DNA of 64,000 nucleotides from Eledone cirrhosa. Taxonomy: Eukaryota. The position numbers were made by a program, and so were the translations under genes. Position 1 is the first letter of the stretch; each line of letters begins with the position of its first letter. Below, in pieces: positions 61,861 to 64,000 of the stretch. Below the pieces are notes generated by a model. It was given only the letters and a program-made list of their open reading frames with translations. It ran no database searches and was not told where the DNA came from. The DNA lies in contig OZ024743.1 of NCBI GenBank assembly GCA_964016885.1, positions 293,322,001 to 293,386,000 of the forward strand, written 5' to 3'.

Positions 61861-63539
61861 TGTTTATGTTGTCACCAAAAGGAAGAATACCAAAGTTGAC
61901 CTTGATGAGTATCCAGAGAACTAGAATAAACACCCAAGTAATTAATATCTAACAGCACTCTGTTGGTCAGCATGAAAAGAAAGTGGGGAGATAATTTCAT
62001 GGAATTAAGCATAAATTTTACAGTTGAATTAAAATGCTTAAGTCTCATGACCATATTTCTAATAAAATACACTGTATTTCTATTTCAATTAATTAATGAA
62101 GAATTTTGAAGGATTTACTAAAATTATTAATTATTTCATTACTTAGGTAGTAACGTGATGTAAAAAGTTCTTATATAAAATTATGTTGGAAGATTTTAAT
62201 TTAATCAGAATCTTTTAAAATGGGTGATTTGATTTCATAGAATCAGAGCTTGTTTTGGCCGAGTTGGTAACAAAAAGGTTAAGGAAATGTGTGTAAACGT
62301 ATGCACAATAGCACACTAAAACCACATATGTATACAAACATGACGACATAAATAACTATATTTGACTTCAGTTGTTAAGAATGAACAACATGAACACATT
62401 CTCTTATTTACAAATTCATTTACTCTCTCATTGCAAAAGTATAATGCTCTCGCATTCTCAGAAACGTGCAAGCATACACAGAGGTATATATATATGCATA
62501 CGGATGTGTGTAGAGAGAAAGAGAGACGATTTATCTACTACAAAAACACATTTAAATTATATATGTGCATGTGTCTGTGTATGTATGTGTCTGTGTCTAT
62601 GTATGTATAAGTGTGTGTGTGTACAATTGTATGTATGTATCTATATCTATCTATATATATCTGTGTGTGTAAATGAATATATATATATGTATTTATTGTA
62701 TATATATATTTATATGTATGATAAAATGTACATATTTCTGCTTATTAATTATTATTGTCTGTTTATTTTTCTATCAACTCTCAGTGGAACATCTGCCCAT
62801 CTCTCTCTCTGTTTTTCTCTCCCTCTCTCCTCCCCCTCAGGATATATGGGAATGTCCCAATTTCTATATATCGTTAAGTCAGTCACTTGAGATTAACTCT
62901 TATGAAATATTAATGAGACATTGTAGAAACACAGAAACATGGCCAGCAACAGTAACAACTAAAATAATAGCAACATCTACAATAACTGCAACAGCAACAA
63001 CAGTAACCATAACAAACAGTTTTTCATTTTAGCAATCATATGTGAAGCTATTCCAAATGGAATTCAAAAACTCAGCTGCAATGATTATTATTATTATTAT
63101 TGTTGTTGTTGCTGTTGCTGCTGCTGTTGCTGTTCTCATTTTAAAAAAAAATATATATTCACAATATGCATGCATGGAAAAACGATCATAACATTGAATA
63201 TAATGATTATGATGACGATGATGATGATGATGATGATGATAATGAAACTGTTAGCAGTGGCAGAATTTAGTTAAGTGTCATTCAAAATATGCTTTGCAAT
63301 CTCTTTCATGTTCTTTGTTCACATTTTTTCTAATGGACAACCACAAGAGAAGTGATAAGGTGGCAGATCATGTGTGATGTTGGCAAGTGGTAGATGGTCA
63401 TCTGCGTGCCATGGATTAAAAAGAACGTTGATGCTATGATTTCACAATTAAAGAGATTAATATGAACAGGTTTAAGTGATATCAAATAGTAGATGTCATC
63501 TGAAAGCTATGGAAGAGATAGAACGTTTGTGTTATGGTT

Positions 63540-63920
63540 TTACATTGAAGGCTGAAATGTGGCTCCTCCAAAGGATCCTTGAAGTACCATTAATCAATAG
63601 AGTTTGTAGCTCAGAGATCAAAAAGTTTTCCAGTTATTCTAGGTGGAGCTGCTGCTTCTCCGAATGAAGAAATCACAGCTCCGATACTACAGACATGTTG
63701 TTAGTGTGTCTAAGGAAAGTATGACAGGATGGATTTTTATGTGCACAAATCAACTGGTGCGAGACCTAGAGGTCGATCAAGAGCAGGATGTTGGATAACA
63801 TCCGTGAGCTTGGTTGATCTCCTCAGGTATCCAGCCAAATCAATTGGAGATGGTTGCTTGTAACAGGACCTGCTGAAAGGCATGTTTGAGAACTCTGTCT
63901 CCTCAACACCCCAAGCATAA
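63540..63920 (+). mobile_element. Old 3' fragment of an RTE (Rex3/Expander-like) LINE
   Basis: AEMWLLQRI..INRVCSSEI, KSQLRYYRHV, STGARPRGRSR, LRTLSPQHP across frameshifts. Confidence 0.75.
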
Positions 63921-64000
63921 GTGGGCAAAGAAGATCGTCAGAGCACTGGATTTGGGCAGGAGAGATACCCGCCCTTGTGGCAATGCCATCAGTTGAGAGA

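Overview
AT-rich, microsatellite-saturated eukaryotic DNA with no intact protein-coding gene. The repeat families I recognise (tRNA-derived SINEs, RTE LINEs with (ATG)n tails, very dense (TA)n/(CA)n/(TATG)n) point to a coleoid cephalopod, probably Octopus; this is an inference from family recognition, not a search. The window looks like a long intron or intergenic stretch. Almost all ORF-track entries are microsatellite translations. The real coding remnants are all from transposons: several 5'-truncated RTE LINEs (two nearly identical young copies), an internally deleted Tc1, a CRE-like fragment and a disrupted Penelope-like RT (GLYRDD) that the ORF track misses. Most interesting: (1) minimal type I hammerhead ribozymes at 25139-25204 (+), 37349-37415 (-) and 44136-44205 (+) with an inverted twin, sharing stem I, core and a short palindromic-type stem III but with unrelated, self-complementary stem II, sitting in small TA-flanked, often inverted-repeat elements; (2) a complete C4HC3 PHD finger inserted in the RT of the RTE family; (3) a textbook AG|GTGAGT recursive-splice-like site with a 46-nt all-frames-closed exon at 12821-12899; (4) a 300-bp unit with a tRNA-type promoter and direct repeats, and a possible HDV-like ribozyme at the head of a bipartite RTE derivative. 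All folds and alignments were done by eye.
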